A DNA stretch of 64,000 bases. Origin: Octopus sinensis (lineage: Eukaryota). Location of the stretch: assembly GCF_006345805.1 (NCBI RefSeq), contig NC_042997.1, forward strand, positions 35,464,001 to 35,528,000, read 5' to 3'. The translations under genes and the position numbers were made by a program. Of the stretch, positions 38,749 through 53,051 are shown piece after piece (position 1 is the first letter of the stretch; every line of letters begins with the position of its first letter). The notes under the pieces are model-generated. The model was not told the DNA's origin. It searched no databases and saw only the letters and a list, made by a program, of their open reading frames with translations.

Positions 38749-41700
38749 AGTGAGAATAAGAAAAGCGGGTGCATTTCAATAAATGAGTAGGAGTAATAGG
38801 ATTCGAAATACTCCTAGACACGATCAGAGTAGCGAGAACGACTTCAGGGATTAGTAAAACGTGCCAGAATATACTGTAACGTTATGACGCATATTCTCCT
38901 GGCAAGTAATTACATATGCACAATACATGCATATCAACGTGTATGTGTGTTTTTATACAAACACACATGAATCCACCCAAGCTCATTCATACGTACACAC
39001 GTAGAGACCCAGCCGCATGTGTGTGTGTGTGTTGGAATTGGAGGGACACCTTCAAGAGACATCAGTCTTCATTTATGATCGCAGAGAAGAGGAACGTTAA
39101 GTCCTTGACCTCTTCAATACCAAAAGTGACGTTTTACATGAATTGATTTTCAGACATAACAATTCGTTTTATTAATTAAAAATGCATTTAAAACTATATT
39201 ATTCATTTAAAGTGAATATCATGTACTTATACGTAGATTTGGCTATTATATTAAGCAGGTTAGACGACAAACGAATGTTCTTCGTTTGTTACAGTTGCTA
39301 ATCTTCCTTAACCAGAGATGAGCTGTGATCAATCAAACTTCAGCCTTTCTATATAACATCTTTTATTCTGATTATATTCCATTTTTAAAAAAAAATCTTG
39401 ATAAACAGTAAGATTTAGTTTTGGGCTTCCTGAAATTGCAACAAAATAGGTTAACAGTAACCTGCGAATGTCAAGAACAAAATATAATAAATGTTTCTAA
39501 TTATGATTTCCAAATAATTGAAATCAAAACTTACGAAGATAATTACTTTAATTTGAAAGGCAAACAGATAACAGACAACTTGATTTCAAAATAAGACAAC
39601 AAAATATTGCTTCGAAGTTGGGGGAAAACTTTATTCATTAAAACTGGGCAAATTAATAAATGATAAATGTACTCATAACTAAAATTGCCCCGCCCGAGGT
39701 TTATAGGCCGCACATTTATTCCTTTCTGTTGTTTTCTATACAGTAATTACATATATTTTTAGGCGAGAGTCATTAGGAAACAGGGATAATTCTATTCTTT
39801 CTTTGTACAAAATGTGAACATCTTCAAAGGTTGCTAATTAAATTTATTCATATTACGTTTACAGCAGCAACAACTAGAACAGCATGACTGACTTTAGTAT
39901 GAAGAGTAGCAAACAGTTAAAAAGCAAATAAAACACCTATTCATACAGAATGACACACAAAAATAAACACATTTCAAATGATAAATTCTATTTCCTAACA
40001 CCTCTTTGTCTACAGGGCGGAATTTGAAATTAGATACACAAAATCAGAGAAAAAGTTTCTGAAATAGAGAAAGATAACAAAACAAATTCAGAATAAAGAA
40101 ACGCAGGTCTGAAAAATTTAAATGGAATAATTTAGTAGAAGAATGATATCACTTATTGTAATCATTCATTATATATCAAAGAAAAAAAGAGAACATCATT
40201 AGGAAGGCTGTTATAGCTTAATTATTTTTCCCATCCAGCTCTTTGTATTCCACTCACTATAAAAGTTCCCATTGATAAAAAAAAAAAATGATGAATATAT
40301 AAAATCAACATCATGAACTCAGGGATGGAGACCAATAATATATTATTTTTACAGTCTCCAACACAAGAATAAGCCTAATATCTCATTGACACTAATGAGC
40401 AGAATGAAAACGAAGACTGACGTCAATATAAATTGAATTTGGAACCTACAAGTACAAAAATAACTGCTAAAAGGTGTTTATTGTGACACACAGCTATTGC
40501 TGCTAATACACTGTTCGTTCGACAATTACAATTCCAATCAATGTAACACGCGAAATTGCTTTCAATTTTTGGACCAAATAATGTATTATATTCAGATTAT
40601 TTGCGAAACATGATGTCTCTTTTATTCACACCCAAAGTGAAAAAATCAATACTTTCTGACTATGATTAAAATGCAGTTGCTTAACTCTTTTGTCATAGTG
40701 TCAGCAATTTTACTCATTAATGCTTAAAACTTTCAGTATCGTTTGTGTACAATACCAAAAACAGAATCCTTCTCTTTGTTTACTTCTTGACTTGTTCAAG
40801 TAAATGACCTATATAGTTACAGTGGTTACTACTGAGTTGATGTCTTGTCTTAAAATACTGTCGAATTTGTTGATCATGGAGTATTTGCGAAACTTGTATA
40901 GAATGAATATTATTAGAATTATATTCTATATGACTTAGGAAATCATAAAAAGAAAGAATTTAATTTGATACATGTATAATATTATGCAATGATTCATTCA
41001 TAACAGTAAAAATAAATAGAACAACAATTAGACTAGCTATGTACAATCGAAACATTATCGCAGAACAAAAAATTATCTTGTCAGGAAAATGCAATCTTAA
41101 CTGAATTCTTCATTCTATTTCCTTAGATATTTATGGAATTGGCTTATGCATGTGAATTGTCAACCGGCATTATAACATTTTAGGAACAATTGAGAATACA
41201 TTTTTGTACATGTAACACAGTTTGCCTTCTCTCGGGATATTTTCTTCTCTAATAATTGGAGGTTTTGCCGATCAGAAAGATCAAAACTGGATAGATTCCA
41301 GATACATCCTAAAATCTACTAATTCTTTATGTCGATGCATTTCATTTAACTTTTCTTATTATATTCAATAAGGAATAGATATTGTAGTTCTTTTGGTTTT
41401 GTTTTTATAATTTCGGAAACGATTATCTGCGTGAAGACAGTTTGTAGCTGCAGAGAGTTTTCCGTGATACTTGCAGAATATTATATGCGTGATGGTTAGC
41501 AGAACTACAATGGTTTTCCTTTCAACTCATTTTATATGACTGTTAATATAGTTTCAATGGTGGTTCTCCCAGTTGACAGTTATCTTGCGTTCATAGAAAA
41601 CATTAGACTATATATAAAACAGATAAATTTAACTTTACAAGTTTCATCGTGTGCTCTATTTAGCACATATTCTATATTTATTTTTATCAGTGCCGTTGAA

Positions 41701-42439
41701 AATAATTGTCTTCATTTTAATAAGCATAAATATCTGCTTATAAGAAAGGATGACAAAGATGAGAAATTCATATGTTTCATTTTGTTAGAAATATCATGAA
41801 ATCAGCTATTTCATTGATTCTTGAGTATCGTTTAAGTATTTCATGTGCATGTTCTGAATCGATAATGGTGGGTTCCATTATTCTTCAAACGACTTAATGA
41901 GACGATTCAAGCTCAGTCTATACGGTTTCTAAACTTATCTATTTACCAATGCTCAGATTATTTCCGTAGATCATATGACCTATAGCATCATACTTATTTA
42001 CAATGACACATTTTGCTAGTTATGTAGCTTTGACATCTTGAAATACTAAAATGTGCTGAGAGCAAACCTATCTTTCAAGTGTAACTTGATGTGTAGTGAG
42101 AAAAGAAAGAAGCATATTTCAACAGAAGCAACATTCCTGAGTAAGAGAAAACTTTATAGTTATCAACGATTTCTATAAATATTTTGCCTATAGGCTGATG
42201 TACAAAGAATTGTCGGGAGATGAAGAAAGTGAAAGGTTTAAAGCCTGGTGGATTTATCATATATTTCGGACGTTCTCTGCTTCTGTTCTCGAATAAATCT
42301 GGAATATTTAGTGCATTTGTAAATTTATTTGTGTATATCGTATATACTTACACCAATACATTTTAATGTATTTAGTTATTTTGTTTCTAAATTGTAGAGA
42401 CATTGCAATCTTTCGTTGTCATTTAACATTAGTTACAAT

Positions 42440-43100
42440 TGAAGGAACACATACGTGTGACACGGCTACGTCCCTTTCGACTTTGGTTCACAAGGATGCG
42501 TGCGCCTTCTTCATTTGATGGTTGTCTATTTTTTGAATGGTGGGAGAGTTGTGCAGTGGAAGCGCTTGTGATGTATCGATCACAGTTTCCCCCTTAAACA
42601 CGATCTTATCTGCCATCACATGCACAGGGACATGGAGGCATAAAGGTGAGCACTGATCTGCAAATGATGCTATGGCAGCCGTGTGAGAGGACTGAACCGG
42701 GACCTCTTTCTCGATTTCTCAAGGCCGAGTGATGCAACTTACTGCGGACCAGCCAGCACAGATGATTTGCTTATGGAGAAAGCATGTTTGTGTTGTACAC
42801 TCCCTTCATCAAATCGGAACTGGCTGCTGAGCTGCAGCGTGAGGTAAACATCATATGTCGATGTTTTTGCAGAGCAACATGAGATGGAGTATTTTGCTCA
42901 AAATACAACACACCTCAGGTTCATTGATCGATCCCCAGATCGCAAGACCCTGGGTGCAACATGTCAGCTGGTAGGTCAATATGTTCGCACACGTTGGCCT
43001 ATTGTGTATAACGATGTATATGTATGTAGGCAGGAGGATGTGGTGGAGGGCAATAACCAATGGTGTATTGGATTATCTGGGATATGTGCAGGCTGATCCG
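42440..43100 (+). mobile_element. decayed Tc1-like transposase
   Basis: Across frames: WRHKGEH, MMLW..CERTE, PFIKS, ATMEYFAQN...RSPD...QLVGQYVRTR, resembling Tc1 VWRRRGER/VMVW..GRT/MDFLAQN..WPARSPDL..LGRRVR. Confidence 0.5.
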
Positions 43101-43274
43101 AATTTGTATCTATCTTCGAAATTCCTTTCTAATATGATGTTATTTCTGTATTCAGTTTAACTCTGAATTTGTTATCGTCTATCAATTCTCTGATCCCCGA
43201 TCCAATGAAAACAACTACTTTCAGTTTTGCGTCACTTTTCTCTTCACCAAATTTGACTTTTATATCTAGGAAAT

Positions 43275-43945
43275 GTCTTGTGAAATAAGTTAATTAACTC
43301 ATTTCAGAAAGAGTGCCATCGATTCAAAGGTCTCTTCCTTACCGAAAACATGACCCAGAGGAATGGAAGTTTTGTTCATTACCATCATGTGGTAACACAG
43401 CTTTGAAGTTAACTATAAACTATTTCTACTCCTTGGCCATATGCACATGTCCTAGTTTTTGCAGACATAACCATCGTGTGGCATTGCCTTTACGATGTTT
43501 TGCATGACACCGAATTTGATGTGAAGGGGTGGAAAGAAGATCTTTTACAGGTCTACCAGTGGCATATGCTGCACATTGTACCGATCAACTATGCGTTTAT
43601 CTCTTTTAAGCAGTTTTTTTTTACAGAGTAATGACTGCTGTCGTCGCAGCTATTCTAAACACACAAGAAGCACATATTTTTGGCGTATGCCATCTGCTGT
43701 CCTAGGAGGAGGGGAGTCACCATTAAATAACCATAAATATTCACTTGTGAAATGAGTTAATTAACTCCTTTCAGAAAGAGTGCCATCGATTCATAGGTCG
43801 CTTCCTTACCGAAAACATGACCCAGAGGAATGGAAGTTTTTTTCGTTACCATCATGTGACAACACAGCTTTGAAGTTAACCTTACTCAAGTCTATAAACT
43901 ATTTCTACTCCTTGGCCATTGCACATGTCCTAGTTTTTGCAGAGT
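43275..43945 (-). mobile_element. CMC/Chapaev3-like transposase relic with internal tandem duplication
   Basis: Minus-strand FIDLSKVNFKAVLSHDGN...KEETFESMALFLK, GY(D)LMV..LLLGQQ.AY.K.CFLC, PLVD..KIFFPPLHIKFGVMQNIVKAM; ~200 bp repeated at 43278-43475 and 43744-43943. The superfamily label is from recalled motifs. Confidence 0.65.
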
Positions 43946-44243
43946 ATATATAAATATATATATATGATGAATGACGATCAATGACCCTTGTTCATGCAAA
44001 ACGCCAGCAATACTCGTCCGTGAAGTTATTGCACCCAAAGCAGATGCACTAGTGTTCGCGGCCGCCCCTTCCACCTCCGTCGCTGCGCCTTCTGGACACC
44101 AGATGGTTGCCTCGTCTAGAGTTTTAAGTCCAATAAAGATTGCACAGACCACCTGAATCCTATGGATATCATCCACAGAGCAGCGACAGCAAAGATATCC
44201 GGTGCCAATATCTTTTTCAGTAATGTGGAAACATCTTGATCTG

Positions 44244-44281
<38 letters not shown>

Positions 44282-44308
44282 ATAGACATACACACACACC
44301 ACACACAC

Positions 44309-44348
<40 letters not shown>

Positions 44349-44879
44349 GCATATATACATTCTTACACCATGTAAGCTTTGTGAATACGCCAAGTAGAAT
44401 AAATACATTCATTGTACATTTTTGAGATTAAATAATATGAATTTTGTCCCATAGTATAAAAAGCTGTAGCGATTGATTTAAGTTATGATTTTGATGCTGT
44501 TCTATTTAGGAGACGATATATATAGATGACGAGTTATCTATTATGATTACGGAAATCCATATTAACTGACTGATATCGTGTATGCATAAGAAAAAGTAAA
44601 AGCAATAATGTGTTACTAAAAAATTAAAGCCCCATATATTTTCTTTAACAAAATGAAACAAATGGCATTTACGAAATTAACATAGTCAATTGCAATTGGG
44701 ATTTTTTCCGGAGAGATTTATAGGAGTTAAGGTCGTAGAATTTACGAAAATATGAGGTCGCTCAAATAACTCGCATACGCGCAAACAAATGTACACTAAT
44801 ATAAATACAGACACACATATGTATGTATATGCGTGCCCGTGTGCATGTATATATTAGTGTATATAAGCGTATGCATTTA

Positions 44880-44940
44880 TATACACATACAATCATGCAT
44901 ATATATATATATATGTATATATGTATATATGTATGTATGC

Positions 44941-44999
<59 letters not shown>

Positions 45000-45147
45000 G
45001 AATGCATATATATACATGTATGTATATATGTATATATATATACTTGTATATATATATATACATGTATATATATATATATGTATATATATATAATACATGT
45101 ATATATATATATGTACGTATATATATATGTATATATATATATGTATG

Positions 45148-45178
<31 letters not shown>

Positions 45179-45224
45179 GTGTATATATATATGTACGTAT
45201 ATATATATGTATATATATATGTAT

Positions 45225-45255
<31 letters not shown>

Positions 45256-45360
45256 GTGTATATATATATATGTATATATGTATGTATATATATATATGTA
45301 TATATGTATGTATATATGTATATGTATATATACGTATATATATATATATGTATATATAAG

Positions 45361-45412
<52 letters not shown>

Positions 45413-45415
45413 ATA
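44880..45415. repeat. ~0.5-kb (TA)n/(TATG)n tract
   Basis: Direct reading. Confidence 0.95.
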
Positions 45416-45979
45416 ACTCTATTTCATTCTGTATCAAGAGATTTAAATATAGAAAAATTAAGAAAGCAAACTAGCGAGAGAAAATAGCAAATGATTGATA
45501 GCGCCTCAGGTACAGTGGGCGCGTAGACAAAGCAGAGAATAAATCAACATTTAGCTCAACAAATTGTTTATCATTGACATTTTTTTTTTACGTATGGAAA
45601 CGAAAAGCGAAGAACATGTGCGGAATTGTAAATTATGAAGCACTGAATTCGGATTGAACAGAATGATATACGTGTATAGAAAGATACACATGCGCACCAT
45701 ATGCAATCACAATCTTCATACATCGTAGAATAATACATGTATGCGCACATGTTTGTGTATGCGTGTATGTATGTAAATTTGTCAAAGGACTCGGGCCAGA
45801 ACAATTGACTTGCAAAGGTCTGCACGACGGAAGTTTATATTGAATATTTGACTTATCTATTAGTATAATCTGGAATTAAATTAAATTATTCTGGTCAGAG
45901 TTAACTAAGCAGGATAGTTTGTGCTGGAGCAAAGAAAAGAGGCAATATTTTCTCTCGTTGTTTACGTATTGAAGTCTTT

Positions 45980-46638
45980 TGTCTACGTATTTCATGTTGT
46001 TTACACAATTGGTGATGTCATTGAACATCACGCATCAATTTCGAAGTAACTGTATCTTCACCTTTTTGATGCGACTCTACTCTACACTGTCTCCCTCTAG
46101 CCTTCTCTAATTCCCTTTTTCTCCCCCCCCTATTTCCCATTTTCTACCTGTCTCTCCATATTTCTCTTTCTCTCTCTCTCGTTGCTCACACGTGATTATC
46201 GACCATCTTCCCTTTCCGCGCGTGACCATCATTCCTCTCCTGCACGGACATTTAAAGGACTTGATATTTTTTCTCTCTCTTTTATCTTTTGTCTTTTCAA
46301 AGAAAATATTTCTCCCAGCCTTCTCTATATTCATCCCGTTCTGCTCTAATGACCCTCCATGTTTTTTTCTTTCGGTTTCCTCGTATATCTCCAATGCTCT
46401 GTTTTTGTTTCTAACTTTGATCCTCCATAACTCCTCAATTTTATCTTGGAATTTATGGGAGCACCTGCTTCTGATGAGTCATATTGTCGTGGATTGCTCG
46501 AAATGAGTAGTAGATACACTGCCGAAAATTGATGAGGGGTCGTTTCTCTGCTTTTACTTCTCCTGTTTCCCATGTTTTCTCTTGCTGTCTACGTATTTCA
46601 TGGTTATTACACAGTTGGTAACGTCCTGTGTCCATACT

Positions 46639-46685
<47 letters not shown>

Positions 46686-46732
46686 ATAGATATATATACA
46701 CACACACTTATACAAACATGCATGTATGTATG

Positions 46733-46763
<31 letters not shown>

Positions 46764-46841
46764 GCGTATATGTATTATATATCATTATGATTTAATTGAA
46801 CGTCACGCATCCGTTTCAAGTACGTTTATCTTCACCTTTTT
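45980..46841 (+). repeat. degenerate direct repeats flanking a ~520-bp core with a hammerhead-like motif (possible Penelope pLTR relic)
   Basis: tgtctacgtatttcatg at 45980 and 46586; ttgaac.tcacgcatc...tatcttcaccttttt at 46021 and 46796; CTGATGA at 46471 and GAAA at 46500. Confidence 0.4.
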
Positions 46842-46903
46842 TAACAGAAATGCACTCTATACTATGTCTTTCTTTCTGTGCCTTTCTCTTTATATTGTTA
46901 CTA

Positions 46904-47095
46904 TTTTACTTATTTGTGTCATTTGACTGCGGCCATGCTGGAGCAACACCTTTATTCAAGCAAAGTGACCCCGGGACTTATGTGAGCCTAGTAGTATTCT
47001 ATCGTTTTTTGGCCGAACCGCTAAATGAAGGGGTTGTAACCACACAAGCATCGGTTGTCAAGCGATGTTGGGGGGACAAATACAGACGCACGCAC

Positions 47096-47146
<51 letters not shown>

Positions 47147-47327
47147 TATATATATACATATATACGGCGGGCTTCTTTCAGTTTCCGTCTACCAAATCCA
47201 CTCACAAACAAGGCTTTGGTCGGCCAGAGGCTATAGAAGAAGACACTTGCCAAAGGTGCGACGCAGTGGGACTAAACACGGAACCATGTGGTTTGTAGGC
47301 TACTTACCACACAGCCACTCCTGTGCC
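46904..47327 (-). mobile_element. SINE family B
   Basis: Reverse-complement match including head cagccactcctgtgcc. Confidence 0.9.
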
Positions 47328-47336
47328 TGTATATAT

Positions 47337-47378
<42 letters not shown>

Positions 47379-47381
<3 letters not shown>

Positions 47382-47602
47382 CTTTACTACCCACAAGGGG
47401 CTAAACATAGAGGGGACAAACAAGGACAGACAAAGGGATTAAGTCGATTACATCGACGCCAGTGCGTAACTGGTACTTAATTTATCGACCCCGAAAGGAT
47501 GAAAGGCAAAGTCGACCTCGGCGGAATTTGAACTCGGAACGTAACGACAGACGAAATACTGCTACGAATTTCGCCCAGCGTGCTAACGTTTCTACCAGCT
47601 CG

Positions 47603-47604
<2 letters not shown>
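47379..47604 (-). mobile_element. SINE family A
   Basis: Reverse-complement match to 15167-15400. Confidence 0.9.
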
Positions 47605-47646
<42 letters not shown>

Positions 47647-47661
47647 TATATATATATTATA

Positions 47662-47711
<50 letters not shown>

Positions 47712-48115
47712 TATATATATATAGTAGAAGAAATAGCTATAACCCTTTGACTGCTATTTCTAAATTCGGTATGTGGTAAGGCAACTCGTTGCTAAACCCT
47801 TATTGCTTAGTATATATATATATATATATACAGCTATAACTTTAACCCTTTACTCTGAGGTGATGCTGCGGCACAGACTTGAAGCAGGAATCTATCCCAG
47901 AACATTTTAAGCCGTATACCTGAACTGAAAGTTAATAGTGGGATACAAATACGAACAAAAAAACACACGCATATATATATATTTATATACGACAGGTTTC
48001 TTTCAGTTTCATCCTAAATCCATTCAGAAGGCATTCTATGTATGTATGTATCTATCTATCTATGTCTCTATCTCTTTGTGTGCTTTTAAATGGCTTATAA
48101 ATACCTTACACGCTG

Positions 48116-48149
<34 letters not shown>

Positions 48150-48185
48150 TTATATATACATACACACACACAACACACACACACA

Positions 48186-48252
<67 letters not shown>

Positions 48253-48449
48253 TACATACATGCATACACACACATATGTATACGTTTATATATTCGTTTT
48301 GCAACATTCTTGATGTGAAATCGTGTGTTGAAACAGATATTGTTGTATTTAGGGATGGTTATGTTGCCAGTGTATCCAATAAAAACACGCGCACTATATA
48401 TTGGGTGTTAATTTGCTTCAATTTTAGTTTATTTTTTACATTAATCTTA

Positions 48450-48492
48450 TTTCGGCCAGAGTTCATTCATCACACTTCTGTGGCCTCATCAG
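48450..48492 (-). ncRNA. partial hammerhead ribozyme core in the Penelope 3' region
   Basis: Minus strand CUGAUGA-GGCCA...UGGCC-GAAA; stems I and III are not recoverable. Confidence 0.45.
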
Positions 48493-48821
48493 TGGTCCTT
48501 TGCTTTCTTCTTTCTTATTTGTGTCTTACCTTCCTAACGATCAGACATTTTGTATTTTGTATTCTTATTGTTTATGTCTGTATTTGCGCATGCGTATATT
48601 CCTATGTGTGTCTATATTTAGTAATTGCGTATGTGTGTGCGGGGACGTGCCTGTATTACATGTATCCCTTGTTTATACACGTTCGTTTAATTTGTTTTTA
48701 TTTATTTTATTCATGTGTTTATACCTACTTATTTTTTCTATTCTTTTTTGTATTCAATTTTTTTATTTTAAATTTTGTTAATGTATACAGTTAATTCCAT
48801 TTCTTTATCTGTGTATTGTAT

Positions 48822-49835
48822 TATATTTTGTTTATATTGTTATCAGTTATTGGGGATCTTATTCTGTCATATATTGTGGTGTGTTGGGTTTGTGTGCTAG
48901 TGTTCCATTCCAATTTCCTATTCAGGATAGGTTTATCTTCTCTTATGTGTGTAGCTTCTGTAATTTGTCAGTGTTGCGTCTGTTCTATGTGTGGACAAGA
49001 TTTTAACTTCTATGTTGTTGAGTGAGCCCCTGCGTTCCTGCTCGGCGTGCTGGTTCAGAACCGATGAGCTCATCCCTTCCTTAAGGTCCCTCCAATGTCC
49101 ATTTACCTGCTCTACTGTGCTCCGTGCCGTTTCCCCTACGTATATCGTTGTCTTGTTACTGCATCGTACCTCTATACATCTTATACTATAGACTACATTT
49201 CTGCCTTTACTGTTTGTTTGTGGGCAGTTCCTGTCAGTACAGGGGGTTCTACTGAAAGGGTAGATTCTACCTATTAGGGATTTGATAGGGTTGCCTGGCC
49301 TTTCTGCATCTTTAATCCTTAGTTTAAGTTTTTCTAATGCCATTCTAAAGCGGTACGCCAGTTCGCCTTTAGGGATGGTGTCGACGAACATGACACTCTG
49401 GTGTTTGTGGCTATCATACCATGAGTTGGTCTTCCCTATTTTCTTCTTAGTCCCTGGTATTCCATGACATGCTTCTATTTAGTGGGCAAATCCCATTCCC
49501 ATCGTTACGCATGATAGTTTCAAATATCCCCATGGCTCCTTTGTATACTCTGATCCTTTCTTTATTGCTGTAACCTGAGAACTTCATGTGGGGAACGAAA
49601 TGTTGAATGTGTCTCTTTAACTCTGTCGGGTCGCTCATGCGGGTCACATTTCGCATTACTCTGACTAGGTCTGCCATCAATATATTGAATTTGGCATTGT
49701 CCTCGATAGCTGAGTTCCGGTGCATCCGCTATTTCAAGGTCATAGGTTTGGCATAGTGTGAATGAAAGATTCGGGCTTTATTATTCTCAGTTTCCAGCCA
49801 GAGTTCTGTATCTAGTACTAGACACAGAACATGGA
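48822..49835 (-). mobile_element. Penelope-like retroelement relic: RT C-terminal region plus GIY-YIG endonuclease
   Basis: VLDTELWLE...HSHYAKPM...SAIEDNAKFNILMADLVRVMRN...FSGYS; NVVYSIRC...YVGETARS...H...RQITEATHI...PILNRKLEWN (GIY-YIG motifs), with stops and frameshifts. Confidence 0.9.
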
Positions 49836-51012
49836 AATTATATTTTGAAAGTGTAAAGTTTCAGCCGAAAAACCAACAAATTTTCTCAGAAACTTATGTG
49901 AAATTAATTCGTATATTATTATTTACTAATGACTTCTACATTAACAAAATCTTCTTTTGTATTTTTGAAGCATGGTTCTGTATCTAACGATATCTTTCAA
50001 ATTGTAAAATATATGAAATCAAAATAATCCAATTTGAGCTGTATTACTTGGATAGCGGATGACAGTCTCATGGAAGATTTCCTCATCGTGTTATGTCAAT
50101 ACAAAGTGAATTAGATTTTTATCTGAAGAAAATAACATCCCTCGTAATCACCGAGATTTCCACATTACAAGTGAATGCTTCAGTTAGATTATCACTCCGA
50201 TATCTTTCAGTAAATGCAATGACTTAGATATCTCTATGCAAGTCCATTACAAAGTAAAAATGTTGTAACAGAGAAAATACGTCAATAAACGATCTCAGTT
50301 TGTGGAAAACGAAAGTGGGACTTTGATATGTAGCGTCATTCCCTAACTGCAAATGTTTGATAATAATTTTTTATAACGTACGGAATAATACCTTACACCA
50401 TCTACAAATAGCATTCCATTTAAAAGCGAAATACATTTAATTCTGACGTTAACAATACGCAAACGGAATTTGCCAGCATCACTATAATTGAAGATGTAAA
50501 TGAAGTCTCAGGTATTGTGAATTTGAGGTTTCGATATAATCTCGGTAAAAACTATGAATCTGTTGGTACATTTTGCTTGAATGTGAGGAAGAAAACATTG
50601 TGATAAATGAAGAAGAATAGTGTCATAGGAACGTTACTATATAATCTCTTTCTGAATCGATGCTTCCGGTCTTAAATAATTTCAAACCACAATCAGAATC
50701 CACTCGCAATCGGAATATGAGTTAATAGGAATCCCATCGAAGATAATATCTAGACCAGAAGCACTCACGTATATAGAGTTATTTGAACCATTAAATTAAA
50801 ACAATGATACACCGGTTTGTACAGAAATCACATACAAAGAAGCTTATCAAATGTGAACAGAGACATTCACTCACGTCTTTGTTAATATTACTAACTGTTG
50901 ATATAAAGAAATCTTTATATAATAGTAAAAAAACATCTTAATCATCTTTCAATAGCAAATGTAATTTATGACATCAAGTAAAATTATCAAATGCCGACAA
51001 GTAATGCCATAG

Positions 51013-51049
<37 letters not shown>

Positions 51050-51713
51050 AGATTCAAATCACTTCCACAAAACAAATCAATAACTGTTTCCATTAAATCA
51101 TTGACTGTCCACAAAATCTTGTAAAACACTATACTTGTAAGTTCAAATTGCTATTCCTGGATGAAAATTCCATTTTCAAGCAATGAAATTCATTTTCAAT
51201 GTTTAGTACATACACGATGAAACTCAGGTGAAATCATCCTTAATTTCCCGTTTCAAAATACAAATTTCCCTTTAGTTAACTATTAATCTAACCAGAGGGA
51301 AATTCCATGACCAGAAATGAGAAACAATTTATACAGATTAATATTGATGTAATTTATAATTTTGCATAAATATATTTCCTCATTCAGTTATTTATAGCTT
51401 TTAATATAAATTAGGAGCCACTGAATAATATTGCAAGTGGTTTTATATTATGAAGTATTTGTATACTTGACGTTATTCTCAGGCAGAATCTGTGGGTATT
51501 ATATGCAATAATCGTAGCTCTTCAGATCACAAATGAAGTATACCCATTGAGCTTCCATAATTTCTGATTCCATTATTTCGCTCGTAAAAGGTTTCTCTCA
51601 AACTCCAGCAATGCTTAAGATCTCTGGTAGTATAGACCATCAATAAGTTCATGATTGGGAAGCAAAATTCTCCAGCATTCAGTCATGAATGCATATAGAT
51701 TTAGGATATATAT

Positions 51714-51772
<59 letters not shown>

Positions 51773-53005
51773 TATATATATATATAACTATACGCATAAA
51801 CATAACCATTTGTCATTCAAACAGAAACACACGCTAACTCACACATATACTCAAATAGATAGTATAACTCTATGAGAATGTGTCTAAAAGTATGTGTCTA
51901 TATTGATATGGCTGCCTATGGTTACGTGTTCTTCTGTATACGTGTGTGTGTGCATCTGGTTTCTAATATTCTTTTTTCCTCCTTCTCGTTTTGTTCGTAT
52001 CTGTTAATGTCTTTTAGTGAAAATATTCTTATCTCTCTCTCCTTAAACAAGACAATAGAATAAAGTCATACCATCACCCTGTGATGTTTTGTATACTTCA
52101 TTGGAAATTGAACAAAACCAAATCAGTGAAAACAATGGAAGCTATTTACGATGATAGTTTGCTATCAGAAACTTTGCTCACATAATGTAGACGCACACAA
52201 CGCGTCTACATACATAATTATGAAAATGTTTCTCCTTCACTTTTGTCTTTCTCTGACTTTAAGCTTTCCCTCTACTGTTAAATACATTAGATCATATTTT
52301 ACATATACATATTTTTCTGCATTTATATACATAGAAAGATACACATATCTAATATATATATATATACATATATGTGCGTGCGTGTGAGTGTGCGTATGTA
52401 TATTGATGTATAAGCTCACGTATAAACAAAGAATATTTATATTAGTGTGCTCCTATATTTACACAAGAAACTGCGTAGGAATATACGTATATATATATAT
52501 ATGTGTGGTGTGTGTATATATGTATATATAAACCTGTATATTATATATATATATATATGTGTTATTTATATATCTTTATATATTACATATATATATATAT
52601 ATGGGCTTTTTGTAACAACAAAAGACATGGAGAGAGAGAGAGAGAAGGAAAATGAGAAAAGTGAGAAAGACTCGCTGCATACGAGGAAGTGTAAAGCTTC
52701 ATGTGTGAGAAAGTGAGATAGGAAGATTTACTGTACAAACGATCGATGATTCGAGTAATGTGATTAAATCCAACATTAACGCCTTCATTTAGTTCATATA
52801 TGAAATTTTATGCAACACTGCATTGCATGTATACGTATTCCTATGTATACGGAAGCACTTACGTACCAACAAGCGTACGTACATATATAATCATATATAC
52901 ATTCATTGCAAGTTGAAAATTAAATATTTAATATTGTACATACACATGCACGCACGTACGCAATACGAGTATGTGTGTGTGTGTGAGTGTATATATATAT
53001 ATATC

Positions 53006-53051
<46 letters not shown>

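Noticed and set aside
39990-40480. Plus-strand acceptor/donor pairs (tctacAG at ~40015; tttacAG at ~40354)
   Set aside because: Stops in all frames; could be UTR or lncRNA exons but unsupported without RNA data.
43075-43115. LGYVQADPNLY, resembling copia RT LGF.QS..DPCLY
   Set aside because: Single short motif lying at the end of the Tc1 relic; no other copia motifs or LTRs.
43892-44308. 138-aa minus-strand ORF with a GC-rich core (43960-44245)
   Set aside because: Starts in a (TG)n tract; no recognisable domain; weak Tc1- and RTE-like fragments in other frames conflict, so left unassigned.
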